This document shows, in pieces, positions 1-13,539 of a stretch of 64,000 nucleotides of DNA. The stretch's first letter is position 1; each line of letters starts with the position of its first letter. The stretch comes from Chiloscyllium plagiosum. Its lineage: Eukaryota. Location of the stretch: positions 26,334,591-26,398,590 of the forward strand of contig NC_057749.1 of NCBI RefSeq assembly GCF_004010195.1, given 5' to 3'. The notes beneath the pieces were generated by a model. The model was not told the DNA's origin. It saw only the letters and a program-made list of their open reading frames with translations, and ran no database searches. The translations under genes and the position numbers were made by a program.

Positions 1-110
1 TGAAGACTGCAGATGCTGGAGAACAGAGTCAAGAGTGTGTTGCTGGAAAAGCACAGCAGGTCAGGCAGCATCTGAAGAGCAGGAAAATCGAAGATTTGGG
101 CAAAAGCCCA
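1..110 (-). mobile_element. Penelope-like terminal repeat fragment
   Basis: ctgcagatgctgga...gctggaaaagcacagcaggtcaggcagcatc motif shared with about ten other copies in the window. Confidence 0.6.
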
Positions 111-1059
111 ATGCTTTAGATAGTTCCTCTAACATTTCTGCCTTTACTCAGCAGGTCTAGCGGCACTTGTGGAGAGAGTGAGAGTGAGTTCTCTTCAGAA
201 CTGAAAGGCAGTGGGAAAAAGATGGTTTTTATCTCGTTGACAAATGGGGAGGACAAGAAAATGGAACAGACAAAGGTGCTCAGAACATAGGTGAAACAGA
301 TTGCTCATATTGCTTGTCGTAATGGGAGAGCCCACAGATAAGGGAGCAGTGAGGCCATGGAAAGTTTGTTTACAAAGATTAAGGTAGTTGAATTCACTCA
401 AAAATTCCCCAAGACTGGTTACGATTTGATTCCTGAAAGAATTATTACACCATAACATATGATTTCTACCAAAATCTTTGCCTGTTTAGTTTGTTTCTTC
501 AAGTGGAATATCATTGTAAAACTTTTATTACAACTGTTCTTGTCAAGCTAACTGAGGGGGGGAAAAAGTTAAAATTCAGCAATCATTCTATTTTAAAACT
601 ATGACCCCTTGGTTTGGAATGTTTACTTTGTTGAATCAGTGCAAGCCTGGGCAGGCTGTGCACAAAACACGCCCACCATCTGCAGTTTTCTTGTATGGTC
701 TTAGAACCCATGACTGCCTGGTTGGACAGTTCACTAGTATATAATGGGCACTGTCACTATTCGGGTGCCAGATCTCAATCTTCAGTGTGACCAAACAATT
801 GGGTCTTGGGATGGAAGATACAAGTCCCTGCTGATTTTTGTCGGGTTGTGAGTGGCCAATGGCTTAATGTTGTGCCATCCCAATTACCTTTGCATAAACA
901 CAAGCCACAATCTTTCACAAGACCTTTTTCAATATTAATAAGACTAAATTTTTTTAATGGCTTGGACTGGAATGTTCAAGGTACAGGTAAACATGTCAAA
1001 GTTGGTATTTTGAATGCGCAATGGTTGTGGAGATTGGCCATCAGAGTTGGTATTTCTTT

Positions 1060-1195
1060 AACAAAAACAAATTGCTGGAAAAACTCAGTCAGTCTGGCAG
1101 CATCTGTGGAGAGAAATCAGAGTTAACTTTTCGGGTCCAGTGACTCTTCCTTGCAGCAGTTTCTGTTTTGTTTCTGATTTCCAACATCTGGAGCT
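1060..1195. mobile_element. Penelope-like terminal repeat fragment, second family (also ~7570-7690, 34935-35070, 37980-38082, 54355-54485)
   Basis: gctggaaaaactcagtcagtctggcagcatctgtggagagaaatcagagttaac...cgggtccagtgac motif recurring at the listed sites. Confidence 0.5.
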
Positions 1196-2196
1196 CTTTT
1201 GTTTTTTATTTGTTCTTTCCAAACTCTGATTCATAAGTTGCTTCCGGGTCTTCAGTGTTGTTTAGACCCAATCCTGTTTCGGGATGTAATCACTCTGTTA
1301 CATGGGCCCACCCCTTCCCTGCCACATGAGTTTGGAAAGATGAAAAGGGTGATGCTACTGTTTGTGAATTCGCATCTGGACTGAAGTGCCATATTGCCAA
1401 AAATTTCACTCTTCAAGCTCAACTACACAATGAAATTCGCTTGGCATTCGTACTGTCAGCATGGTGTTGCTGCAGTGCAAGAGTGCCAGTCTATCTGCCT
1501 TCTTAACAATGTAACTCCATGTTACAAAATGACCAACACCATATAAATGCAGGAGTTGTGTATAATGGGCGATTGTGAAGATAGGTCAAGAGGTCTGCCT
1601 TTGAAACAAAGGCACCTGTAGAGTGTTTTGACCTTTATTGGAGTCCATACATAACTATTCACATGTACCTTAGCTTTATCAGGAGAACGTAGTCTGTTAT
1701 TGTCACTTATGCAGCAATCCCTCAGTTAGTTCACCCAGAATTAAAATGTGATAACTGACTCTGAACAACCAGCTTACATTTCAGTGATTGCCATGTTGTC
1801 TTGTAAAGATGATCAATTAGGCCAGTGGTTCATCTAGGAAAATTAAAACTGACTTCCAGATTAAGATTTTTTTTTCTAATCAACCTGTTCAATGATGTTA
1901 TTATAGATCTCCGGAATAGGTGAGGATTTGAACTCGGGCCTTAAGTGGTGTCAATTTAAGAATTAATTTGTTTTAACTAATTCCAGTGTTTCGCATGTCA
2001 CTGTAAGGATAATGTTATGCATTTTTGGTGACATCTCGATATGATCTTTTTTTGCTTTCAAGGGTAAGAATATCTTGGCAGTGTGGAAAGTTATGTCTAG
2101 TAAGTTAGCAAAATACTCATTTTCTGAAGGTGGTATCCTTTTTTTTTTAAGGTCGGATGCTCAACTCAGTTGGTGAGGGCTTTTGATAGCTGAGGC

Positions 2197-2354
2197 AAAA
2201 GTGAGGACTGCAGATGATGTAAATCAGAATCTAGATTATAGTGGTGCTGGAAAACCACATCGGTTAAGGGCTTTTGCCCGAAACGCCGATTTCCCTATTC
2301 CTCAGATGCTGCCTGACCTGCTGTGCTTTTCCAGCACCACTCTAATCTAGACTC
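2197..2354. mobile_element. Penelope-derived fold-back insertion
   Basis: Inverted arms gtggtgctggaaaa / ttttccagcaccac; central gggcttttgcccgaaac; flanks tgatagctgag / tgatagccgag. Confidence 0.65.
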
Positions 2355-2839
2355 TGATAGCCGAGTCATTGTATATGAAAGAGTTTGACTTACAATTTGT
2401 ATGGAGCGCTTTGGCCTCAGATGTGGAGTACTCAGCATGCTGAAGTTCAGGAGGGGAATATTGGCAAACACTGAAAGTCTGGCTCTCCAAATCTCCCCAT
2501 CAACCACTGATGGTAAATATGCAGGAAGGTAGAGTCTGGCTCAACTTGAAATGGTGATATTGAAGTGCTCTTTTATTTTTCTCCCCAAGCAAACACTTGA
2601 GGGCAAGAGCTTCTCGATGCCAATGATTGTCTTCAATGGCTGGGAACCTTTGAGCAAGCAGCCTTCATCTTGGGCTACAACAGCCAATGGGTGAGTCCCA
2701 TTGGTGGCAGCTAGTCAGAAAATCAGCCCATCACTACTTGTTTTGATTTGTGACGAGTGTCTTACTTTGGGCAAGATACTGGAGGATGCACATTGAACTA
2801 AATCTACACTTGTCCCTGTCCGCGTGCTCTCAAATTCCA

Positions 2840-3050
2840 TAAAAGATCCCAAAAGAAGAGAAACAGTGTTTTCCCTGGTATGATGGCCAATATTTATTTC
2901 TCAAATATAATCAAAATAGAAGATAGCTTGGGAATTTTTCTGGTTGCAAACTGGCTGAAGTATTTCCCACATTGCAACAATGACCAGGTTTCAAAAGTAT
3001 TTTGATTTGCTCTAAAGTGTCCTGGGGCTTCTGAGGCTATGAACATGAAA
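2840..3050 (+). mobile_element. Degraded DeuSINE (SacSINE1/AmnSINE-like) 3' half
   Basis: aaagatccc...ttccctggtatgatggccaatatttatttctca...ttcccacattgcaacaatgac...tcaaaagtattttgattt resembles the Deu domain and tail. Confidence 0.5.
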
Positions 3051-4419
3051 GAAAACCTGTCTCAATACAGCATTATCTCTGCGTTGCCAGCTCTTAATGC
3101 CTTTCCTGTGTCAGGTAAACAGAGTTTTAACCTGAAGTAACTGCAGCAATTGCTTGCTGATAATCTGGGAGCCATGTCTGTCTGATGTTGCTGTTTGGAT
3201 TAATACTCATTCTGCAGTTTCTTTGCTGCAGCAGTTCAGTTAACAATATGGCTTTCCACTTCTGATCATTATACAGTAACCTCCTTTTGAAACGCATCAT
3301 TGAAGATGTCAGATAACAACTTGTCTTTAATGAATTGCAGATAGTGGTCTGTACAGTGACATTTGAAACCTCCAAAAGTAGTTGCCGACTTGTGCATTGA
3401 GTATAAGATGTGAACAACTGGTGTGGGTAGTTGTTATTTTGAAACAAAAATGACCAGAATTTCACATTAACTTAATGTGGCACATGTAATTGCATACATT
3501 CATTATATTAAATACCTTCTAACCACAATTAAAGCATTTATGAAGCTATTAAATCATTGGTATTTGATGCAAAGTATTAATCAAACTCATTTTGAGTCAA
3601 TTTGTCTATGACAATTGTAAGGTGTCGCTAGATCAGATTTGACACTTTAGCTTTCAGATTCGTCCCTCCAAATCAAATTATCTTCCTGTCCTTTGATTTG
3701 AATATTCTGCATGTTTTTGGACAAACTCTGGACAGCAGGCACATTTACACTCTTTTTAAAGGCATATTCTCTTTCAACCATCCACCCAGTCCATTTGATG
3801 CAAACAAGATTCCTGAATGACTTAGTGAGGAATTCATTCAAAGTATATCGACAATGAACCTTCTGTTATTACAATAATGCGTGTATGTTTCTACATTGGT
3901 GCCTTTTGATCTCATCAGTTCTTTTGAGATGTGAAAATGTTGACCTATATATTTTGCGTAGGCCGCTATGACAACTATTCTACACACTTTTGATCTATAA
4001 CTTCAATCACGTTTTTTTCATTCAAAAGATATACTTTTTAAAAAGTGCCTCTTGGTGAACATTTGGTTTTTTTTTTAGGTTTATTGTTTGGAAAAATGCT
4101 ATAGACTCTAATTTCATTCAGTTGGACATGCAGGTTAGCTAAATGAGTGTTAAATGTTTGGGGTGTTCTCATTCTGTGGCTTTCACTGGGACTTTGTTTT
4201 GAGCCTGTCCATTCCACAGTTTGGTTGTTGGGCAAATTGAAATTAATGAATGCATGAGTGCTTCATCCATATTGTTGATGTGGTGTAATTGGTGCTTGTT
4301 TTTTTTTCTGTTTGATAATGAATTGCTGGAAACTTGTTGTTTTGGCTCTGGATCTTTTGCTAATGTCAGAGAGATCTTCTGCTGCAACTTCAGGCAATTT
4401 TATTTCTTCAGTGGAACTT

Positions 4420-4770
4420 AGTTTCCCATATATTTAGTCTCATCTGCAAATTTGGTTGTAGGACCTTTTATCTGTGGATCCAAGCCATTTACTATAGACT
4501 GTAGATAATTGGGGCACAAGAACTGAATACTGTGGAACACAAATTTGTTACATTTTGTCAACCAGAAAAAATCCTCTACCCCGATTCTCTGCTTTTTATT
4601 GGTTAGCCAATCTTTAATCCGAGCTAACAAATTACTTCTGACCCCATGTGATCAAACCTTTTGTGCTGCACCTTATCAAATGCTACTTGAAGTCTAGTTA
4701 TACTGCATGCACAAGATCTCTGTTGTCTGCTTTGCTTGTCCTCTCTTTTTAAAGAGCTCTAGTGAATTAG
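4420..4770 (-). mobile_element. Old CR1 RT fragment
   Basis: ORF 4418-4630 contains WLTNKKQRIGV and KFADETK. Confidence 0.6.
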
Positions 4771-4772
4771 TT

Positions 4773-5091
4773 AAGATTAGATTACCTACACTGTGGAAAC
4801 AGGCCCTTCGGCTCAACAAGTCCACACTGACCCCCCCCCCCCCCCCCCCCCTTACCCAGAAGAGTAACCCACCCAGACCCATTTCCCTCTTACTAATGCA
4901 CCTAATACTGTGGGCAATTTAGCACAGCCAATCCACCTTAACCTGCACATCTTTGGACTGTGGGAGGAAACCCACACAGACACAGTGAGAACATGCGAAC
5001 TCCACACAGACAGTCACCCGAGGCTGGAATTGAACCAGGGACCCTGGTGCTGTGAGGCAGCAGTGCTAACCATTGAGCCACTGTGCTGCCC
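4773..5091 (-). mobile_element. HE1-like SINE (tRNA head, V-domain, CR1-type tail)
   Basis: Reverse complement starts gggcagcacagtggctcaatggttagcactgctgcctcacagc and ends in a (taatc)n tail. Confidence 0.85.
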
Positions 5092-5419
5092 AATCGTGTT
5101 TTGCCTTGAGAGTTGTGGAGTCTACAGAATGGAGACAGGCCCTTTGGCTCAAACTGGTCCATGCCGACCAAAATGTCCATGCAAGCTAGTCCCATTTCCC
5201 TGCACTTGGCCTATATGCTTCTAAACCTTTCGTATCCATGTTTCATAAAGTTGCTCACCCACTAGTTGTTCCTTTGACCATCTTTGCTGTACTTGGGATT
5301 GATTTGCCCCTCACAGTAAACCTACATTGCATTTCTGGTTACAATGGTCCATTGACGATTTTCAGGATCTGATACATGTTTCTCAAGGATAGACCATTGG
5401 CCCTACTCATGTGATTGTA

Positions 5420-6345
5420 GAAGGCAATCACATGAGTGCATCAATGGTGCTGAGGTGGGGAGATGGTCAATATCATCAAGTTCCTGAGAGTGAGGCTCAC
5501 CAACAATCTGTCGTGGTCCACCCACATCAACATGATGGTCAAGAAAGCACAATGATGCCTCGACTTGCTCCAAGAGGCTAATGACATTTGGCATGTTCAT
5601 AAAACTCTTAATGATTCTTAGGATGCTTTCTAGAACATGCATCTATATCTGGATGTATTGCGGGAAGGTATGGCAACTAGTCTTCCCAAGGCCACAAGAA
5701 GCTGCAGAGAGTCATGAACACAGCCCAGTCCATCATGCAAGCCAACATGGGGACGGCAAACACGAGGGGACACAACCTTAAAGTGAGGGGAGATAGGTAT
5801 AAGACAGATGTCAGAGGTAGTTTCTTTACTCAGAGTAGTAAGGGTATGGAATGCTTTGCCTGTAACGCTAGTAGATTCACCAAGTTTAAGTGCATTTAAG
5901 TCGTCACTAGACAGGCATATGGACGTACATGGAATAGTGTAGGTGGAATAGGCTTCAGATTAGTATGACAGGCGGTGCAACATCGAGGGCCGAAGAACAT
6001 TACAGTGCAGTACAGGTCCTATGTTCCATTCCATCCATTGACTCCACCCATACTTCCCGCTGCCTCGGGAAAGCAACCAACATGATCAAAGACCTCTCCC
6101 ACCCCAGTTCTGCTCTTTGGGCAGAAGATATAAAAATTTGAATACATGTATGAACAGATTCGAGAACTGCTTCTTCCCTGCTGTTATCAGACCTTTTAAC
6201 GGACCTCTCAAATGTTAATGTTGATCTCTGTTTTTGCACCTTCTCTGCAGCTGTAACATGCTACCCTGATACACTTTGTGTGGAATAATCGGAAAAGCAA
6301 CACTTGTTTCTGTGTCTCCGTATACATGACAACAATAAATCAAAC
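5420..6345 (+). mobile_element. Rex1/Babar LINE 3' fragment interrupted by a CR1 3' end (~5745-6028)
   Basis: Remnants of [14 protein letters not shown] and RFENCFFPAVIR; tail aataaatcaaactcaaa; inner CR1 GHNLKVRGDRYKTDVRG. Confidence 0.7.
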
Positions 6346-6582
6346 TCAAAGGTTTGGTCTTGGGCACCTTTCTTCAAGTTGATTCCTTCTTTAATATCAC
6401 ATTTCCTTGTAGCATGGATATTTAACAAGTTGACCACTATTAAGGCTGTTAGTTTGAAACCAGTTTCACACTTCATTTGTCTTGTTGGAGGACACCTTTC
6501 TGTGTGGGATTGGTATGTGGGATCTGTTCTGATTAAGGTATATCTTTTACATTCACAGAAGGCTGTGTACCCTCTCCAATAC

Positions 6583-6755
6583 AGGAGAAAGTGAGGACTG
6601 CAGATCAGATTCAAACAGTGTGGTGCTGGAAAATCACAGCAGGTCAGGCAGCATCCGAGGAGCAAGATGAAGGGCTTATGCCCGAAATGCTGACTCTCCT
6701 GCTTTTCAGATGCTGCTGGACCTGCTGTGCTTTTCCAGCACCACACGTTTTGACT
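6583..6755. mobile_element. Penelope-derived fold-back insertion
   Basis: Arms tgtggtgctggaaa / tttccagcaccaca around gatgaagggcttatgcccgaaa. Confidence 0.7.
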
Positions 6756-8109
6756 GCTTCATGCTGATTACCCAATTATAAGGTATTTGTAAGTGAAATA
6801 TCCGTTGAGGCTGATTACAGATACGAACGTAGAACTTCATGGCTGAAAAGTGGCTTGTCAAACTATATATCCGGTGTCTCCAAAATCAGAACTTGGAAAA
6901 ATGAAGGCCTTTTATGCTTGATGTCTCAACTGTGCTGTATGAGTAAAATATTCTAGGCCACTTGCAGAAGCATTGTTCTTGAATTTTCAACACTAACCCC
7001 TATCCTAACCTTTTTTAAGGATGCACTGGGACCAAACATTTATAATTTTGAAATACTGTCTTAAAGGTTGAAAAAACAAGAAGGAGAGCAGTTTAGAGAT
7101 GACTTGGCAGAGTTTAGTACTGAGGTAGCAAAAGATTTAGCCAATGATGGGGGCAAGAGGCCAGAATTGAAGAAATACAGAGAATTCTTGGTAGATTCCA
7201 GATTGGTTGAAATTACACAAAGGCAAAGATTTGAAATTAATTTGATTTTTTTTCATATCTGAGATATTGCATAAAACTTGAGATAACTGACATTCTAGTA
7301 CTGTTGAACTATAGTGCAGTTTCAAAAGCAATGATCTAAGAACTTCATTTCTGCTGTGTGAAGTAGGCTTGAGCAACTAATGTCCTGTTCATCGTTTCTG
7401 GATATGCTGAGCATCAATTATTGTGCAAAGTCCGTGGGTGCATTTTGTTTTCCATGTTAGAGAATGGCAAAATTGCTAAGGATTCAAGTTTATCCACAAA
7501 GAGCTTTCCAATAATTTCAGAGACTTTCATAGATTAAAGGTGTCGTGGACAGTAATAGTTAAGATAAAATAAAACAAAGAACTGCGGATGCTGCAGAATC
7601 TGAAGGGAAAATGAAAACTCAGCAGGTCTGGCAGCATCCGTGGGAAGAAAGCTGAGTTAATGTTTTGAATCCAGTGACTCGTCTGAAATGGTAATCGTGC
7701 AGGTTGGCCACAATTCAATCATGTCTGGTCAGCTGGGGCTCAGCTGAAGGAAGTGACTTCAAGAAGTTATTTATAGATGTTATCTGAAAATGTGTATGAC
7801 TCATTCTCGGCTGCAGGTGCCTGAAGATCCCATACATAAATGATCTAACGTTGCGCACTATACATTGAATGTGTTACCTTTAAGTCATGGAGACCTACAG
7901 TTTTGTTTGGCTTATTGAGTCCGTGCTGGTCAAAAACCACCAATTGTTATCCCATTTCTTGGCACTTGGCCCAAGAGACACCTTTGCATTTATAGGCCAC
8001 ATCAGCGACCTGAGGTAACTAGGTCACCTAAAGCTGCGCCCTGCATTTTTTTGTCTTTTGATTTTGTGAATGTGTTTTGTCTTTAGCCTCCAGTGTGCAG
8101 CAGTCTTTA

Positions 8110-10490
8110 TAAAGTTAAGGAGGAGGATGTGCTGAAAATTTTTAAAAAATAAAGATAGAAAAGTTGGGATATACCCAAGGTTTCTCCAGTAAGTGAGGGA
8201 AGAGATTGCTACAATGATTTTTGCATCCTCACTGTCCACTGGAATTGTGCCAGATGATTGAAGGACAGCAAATGTTATTCCCTTGTTCAATAAAAGGAAT
8301 AGGGGTAATCCTGAGAACTACAGACCAGTCAGTCTTACGTCTGTGATGGGCAATTTATTCGAGTGGATATTGAGAGACAGGATTTATGATCACTTGGAAA
8401 AATGCTTGATTAGAGATTGTCAGCATGGATTTGTGAGGGGCAGGTCATGCCTCATAAACCTTACTGAATTCTTTGAGGATGTGACAAAACACAGTAAAGG
8501 TAGAGAAGTGGATGTGGTGTATATGAATTTTAGCAAGGCGTTTGATAAGGTTCCTTATGGTAGGCTGATTCAGAAAGTAAGGAGACATGGGATACAGGGA
8601 TATTTGGCTGTCTGGATATAGAATTGGATGGCTCACAGAAGACAGAAGGCGGTAATAGATGGAAAATATTCAGCCTGGAGATTGGTGACCAGTGGTGTTC
8701 CTCAGGGATCGGTTCTGAGACCTTTGCTCTTTGTGATTTTTATAAATGACTTGGATGAGGAAGTGGAGAAGTGGATTAGTAAGTTTGCCAGTGACACAAA
8801 GGTTGGCAGGCTGGTGGACAAAGTGGAGGGCTGTTGTAGGCTGCAACAGGACAATAACAGGATGCAGAGCTGTGATGAGAAGTAGCAGATGGCGTTCAAC
8901 CTGGAAAAGTGGGTGAATATTCATTTTGTAAGGTAGAATTTGAATGCAGATTACAGGGTTAAAGGCATGATTCATGGCAGAGTGGAGGAACAGATGGATC
9001 AATGTAGTGGACAGCAAAGAAGGTCACTTCAGATCACAATGGGATCGAGATAGGCCAATGGGCTGAGGAGTGGCAGATGGAGTTTAATTTAGATAAATGT
9101 GAGTTGTTTCATCTTAGCAGGACTTATACACTTAACGGTAAGGTCCTAGGGAGTGTGGCTGAACGAAGAGACCTTGGAGTGCAGGTTCATAGCTCCTTGA
9201 AAGTGGAGTCGCAGGTAGATAGGATAGTGAAGGCGGCGTTTGGTATGCTTTCTTTAATTGGTCAGAGCATTGAGTGTAGGAGTTGGAAGGTCATAAGTTA
9301 GGACACTTTTGGAATATTGTGTGCAATTCTTGTCTCCTTCCTATTGGAAGGATGTTGTGAAACTTGAATGGATTCAGAAAAGATGTACAAGGATGTTGCC
9401 AGAGTTGGAGGATTTGAGCTATAAGGAGAAGCTGAATAGGTTGGGGCTGTTTTCCCTGGAGATTTGACGGGTAACCTTATAGAGGTTTATAAAATCATGA
9501 AGGACATGGATAGGATACATAGACAAGGTCTTTTCCATGGAGTGGGGGAATCCAGACTGAGAGGGCATAGGTTTAGCATGAGAGGGGAAAGATATAAAAG
9601 GGATCTAGGGGGCAACTTTTTCATGCAGAGTGTGGTGCAAGTATGGAATAAGCTGCCAGAGGAAGTCATACAATTGCAACATTTCTGGATGGATACATGA
9701 ATAGGAAGGGTTTAGAGGGATATGGGCCAAGTGCTGGCAAATGGGACTGGATTGGGTTGGGATATCTGGTTGGCATGGACGTGTTGGACCGAAGGGTCTC
9801 TTTCCCTGCTGTACATCTCTATGTCCATAGATCCCTCAAAATTGCCACCCAAGTTGATAGGTTTGTTAAGAAGGCATACGGTGTGTTGACTTTCATTAAC
9901 AGAGGGATTGAGTTTAAGAGCCACAAGATTATGCTGCAGCTCTATATACTGGTTAGACCACACTTGGAATAGTGTGTTCAGTTCTGGTCACCTCATTACA
10001 GACAGGATATGAAAGCTTTAGAGAGGGTACAGAGGAGATTTACCAGGATGCTGCCTGGAATGGAGGGCATGTCTTATGAAGAAAGGTTGAGAGAGCTGGA
10101 GTTTTTCTCATTTAAGAGAAGGATGAGAGTTGACATGATAGAGGAGTACAAGATGATGAGACGCAGATAGAGTGGATAGACAGAGACTTTTTTCCGAGGA
10201 CAGAAATGGCTGTCACATGGGGACATAATTTTAAGGTGATTGGAGGAAGCTTTAAGGGAGATGTCAGAAGTAGGTTCTTAACACAAAGAGTGGTGAGTGT
10301 GTGGAATGCACTGCCAACAGTGGGTGTAGAGTCAGAGACATTAGGGATATTTAGGGGTGACTCTTGATAAGCACATGGAAGATAGTACAATGAAGGGTGT
10401 GTAGGTTAGTTTGATCTTAGAGTAGGATAGAAGGTCAGCACAACATTACAGGCCAAAGGGCCTGTACTGTACTGTGCTCTTCTATGTTTT
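8110..10490 (+). mobile_element. CR1 LINE ORF2 3' half with a second CR1 3' end nested at ~9000-9822
   Basis: [45 protein letters not shown]; outer element breaks at 'gatggatc' and resumes at 'tccatagatccctc'. Confidence 0.88.
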
Positions 10491-10530
10491 AGAGACACAG
10501 GCACAGAGTCACCCTCAGAGTCATACAAGT

Positions 10531-10838
10531 GGGCTGCACGGTGGCACAGTGGTTAGCACTGCTGCCTCACAGCGCCAGAGACCCAGGTTCATATTCCCGC
10601 CTCAGACGACTGTGTGGAGATTGCACATTCTCCCCGTGTCTGTGTGGGTGTGCTCCGGTTTCCTCCCACAGTCCAAAAATGTGCAGGTTAGGTGAATTGG
10701 CCATGCTAAATTGCCCGTAGTGTTAGGGGCAGGGATAAATGTAGGGGAATGGGTCTGGGTGGGTTGCGCTTCGGTGGGTCGGTGTGGACTTGTTGGGCCG
10801 AAGGGCCTGTTTCCACACTGTAATGTAATCTAATCTAA
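10531..10838 (+). mobile_element. HE1-like SINE
   Basis: gggctgcacggtggcacagtggttagcactgctgcctcacagcgcc...gggcctgtttccacactgtaatgtaatctaatcta. Confidence 0.88.
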
Positions 10839-10849
10839 TTTAGTGCATA

Positions 10850-11170
10850 CACTCATATACACAGAGATAGTTTGACAGAGATAGACACACAAATGGAAAC
10901 AAAGACAAAGACACAGTCACAGAGACACATGCATATATTTAGACAGACACAGACAAATACAGAAACACATGAATACAGACACACACTGAGACAGAAGCAC
11001 TGATACAGACATAGATACATGTACACATACAAACACTGACACATAGAGAAACACACATTCTGAAAAATACAGACACAGAAATGCACACACATACAAACAT
11101 ACTGACACACAGGGAGAAACACAGAAAATACAAGCACATAACAGACACATTGCTGCATAGAGAGTGAGAG
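10850..11170. repeat. Degenerate CA/GA-rich low-complexity tract
   Basis: acacagacacagagac-type units; produces spurious Val/Cys ORFs. Confidence 0.85.
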
Positions 11171-11399
11171 GGAGGAAGCTTTTGGGTCTCTCTCCTGATT
11201 GCTCCCTTGTGCATTTAAAGTGATACAATGTCACCCTCTGCAGGCCTTCACTCACCATTGCATGGGGAGAGTGTAGGGTGAAAATCATCAGGGGTTCAGT
11301 CAGAGACAGAGAGAAAGAGAGTAGCTCGTGACAACATCAACTGAAACAAACACACACATTAGGCTGGTGTGGAGAGGACTGCAATAATGCCGAGGTGCC

Positions 11400-13220
11400 T
11401 TAGTAACACTAACCCTAACCCTTAGTAACCCTAACCATAACCATGAACCTAATCCTAAATCCTAATGCTATCTTAGATGAGACTAACACTAATCCTAACC
11501 CTAATGCTATCCCTAACCTTAACACTAAATCATAATCCACTCTCCCTCCCAAACCGAACCCTAACTCTAATCTAGACCCTAACCCTAAATTTTGAATGTA
11601 GGTTTGCTCGATGTAGGAATTCTCATGCGTGTCCTAGAAGCATGACATCCCAACCGGAACTCCATCAACAAACACATTGAGTTAGACCCCATCTACCACC
11701 CCCGAGAAAAGAACAGGAGGTGACTTCACCACAGGAAATAGCATCACCAACCCAAAGAAATCCAAACATATAAATAGAAAGCAGAAATTTTCAGCATTGC
11801 TTCGCGTGAGGTCCACTGAAGATGTTACCTAGCAAGGTTACAAAATGTCTGGAAATGAACCTTTCAGCTCAGCCAGCAAAACTACATCCAAAACCTCAAC
11901 CTGAGCTACAAATCTTCTCAAAACTCCCTAACCCTAAATCTTAGGCCTATTGCAGATGAGATTAAAGTTAACCTTAACCCCAGAGACTAAACTTGAGCCT
12001 AATGCTATCGCAGGTAAGACTAAACCCACCCTAACAGTTGCCTTTACCCTGACCCTAACCCCTAAATCCTAATCCTGCCCCTAATTTATTGCCTAACCTG
12101 AAAACTCTAACCCTACCTCCCAACCTGACCCTATCACCTAAACCCTCATTCCAACCCTGATGCTGACACTATCCCTAAACCTAACCTCTAACCCTATCAC
12201 AAAGAGACTAACCCAAAACCTAACCCCCAACCCTAAGATGTGATACTAACCCTACATCCTAACCCCAACCTTCACCTTTAAACTGACACTAATGTTATCA
12301 CTAACATAAACCCCTAACCCTATTGATGCTGAACCTAACCCTAACACTACCCCAACCCTTAAAATTTAAGATTTAACCCTAAACTGTAATCCTAACCCTT
12401 CCACCCTAACCCCAACCTTGAACCCTAACCTATTACAGGTGAGACCAAACTTAACCCTAATCCTCTCACAGGTGAGACTAACTCTATCACCCTGCCCCAA
12501 CACTAATCCTATCGCCTAACCATCACCCCTACCCCAAACCCTAACCCCACCTGTAAATGTAACCCTACAATCCTAACTCTAACCCTAACTGTAACCTTAA
12601 CTTAACCCTCCAAACTTAACCTTCCAACCATAACCCTATGCCTAACTGTAAACCTAACCCCAACCTTCACCCTAAACCTAACCCTAATCCCAGCCCTAAA
12701 TCCTAATTAGCCCTAACCTTAGCCCCAACTCTAATGCTGAAGCCTAACCCTCAACCCACAGCCTAAACCTAATCCTGACAATAAATCCAAACCTTGACAC
12801 TAACCAGAACCCTAAACCTATCACTAACCATAGCCATAACTCTAATTCTGTTTCTGTCACTGTTCCTCATTGTTCCTGCCATTCTTTTGCCAGTCTTTTT
12901 GTGTTTCTCAATCTCTTATACTCTTATCTGTTTCTTCTCCCCTAACCTTATCCCCCAACTCTGATGTTTACTCTGACCCTAACCCTAACCATTTTCCTGA
13001 CCTTGACCCTTACCCTTATCCTGACTATCACTCTTACCCGAATTCCAACCCTGAGGTTAGTAATCAGGGGGGCAGAAATTAAGGGGTATATACAGAAGCT
13101 GTAGAACTGAAAGCAGAAATAGTTTGTGAAACTGACGGTCAACAAGAGATGGTCAGAAACAGACCCCAGCAAACTCTATCTCAACCCTAACCCTGACACC
13201 TATCGCTAACCCTGACCCTC
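11400..13220 (+). repeat. Degenerate interstitial telomere-like (CCCTAA)n array
   Basis: Dense ccctaa/cctaac/ccctga/cttaac variants over ~1.8 kb with short interruptions. Confidence 0.88.
11591..11926 (+). mobile_element. Penelope-like element 3' end inserted in the telomere-like array
   Basis: Encodes remnant LEA*HPNRNSINKHIELDPIYHP (PLE endonuclease C-terminus); short inverted terminal piece at ~11591-11610; flanked by cctaaccctaaat on both sides. Confidence 0.7.
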
Positions 13221-13539
13221 CGTTTCACCCAATCGGTTTCTCTATCTCTCCTTCTTTTTCTCACTTTCTCAGTATCTATTTCTGCCACATTTCTCTGCAC
13301 TTTATTGCTGCCAAGTTGTTGCTTTGACTGTTTCTCCCAAACTTGATCCTGTTACTTTTTTTCCATTGTTTATCATGTTATTTCTCTGACTCTGTCCCAG
13401 TGTTTCTCAGTATTCCTTTCTCTAACTTTACTTATTCCATTTTGTATTTGTTGGTTTCTGCCGCTCGATTTTTAAAAGTCTGTTTCCTCAATCTGTTGCT
13501 TTCATTGTTGCTTGATTCTGTTTCTCCTGGTCTGATTTT

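Noticed and set aside
3127..6500. Faint Gypsy-like remnants on the minus strand (IKDKLLSDIFNDAFQ near 3300; integrase-tail-like sequence near 5350 and 6400)
   Set aside because: Too degraded and the domain order is inconsistent; cannot be supported without a profile search.
7817..7843. Possible plus-strand terminal exon ctgcag|GTGCCTGAAGATCCCATACATAAATGA (VPEDPIHK*)
   Set aside because: No partner exons or recognisable homology.
10853..11288. Cys/Val-rich ORFs
   Set aside because: Translations of a CA/GA low-complexity tract.
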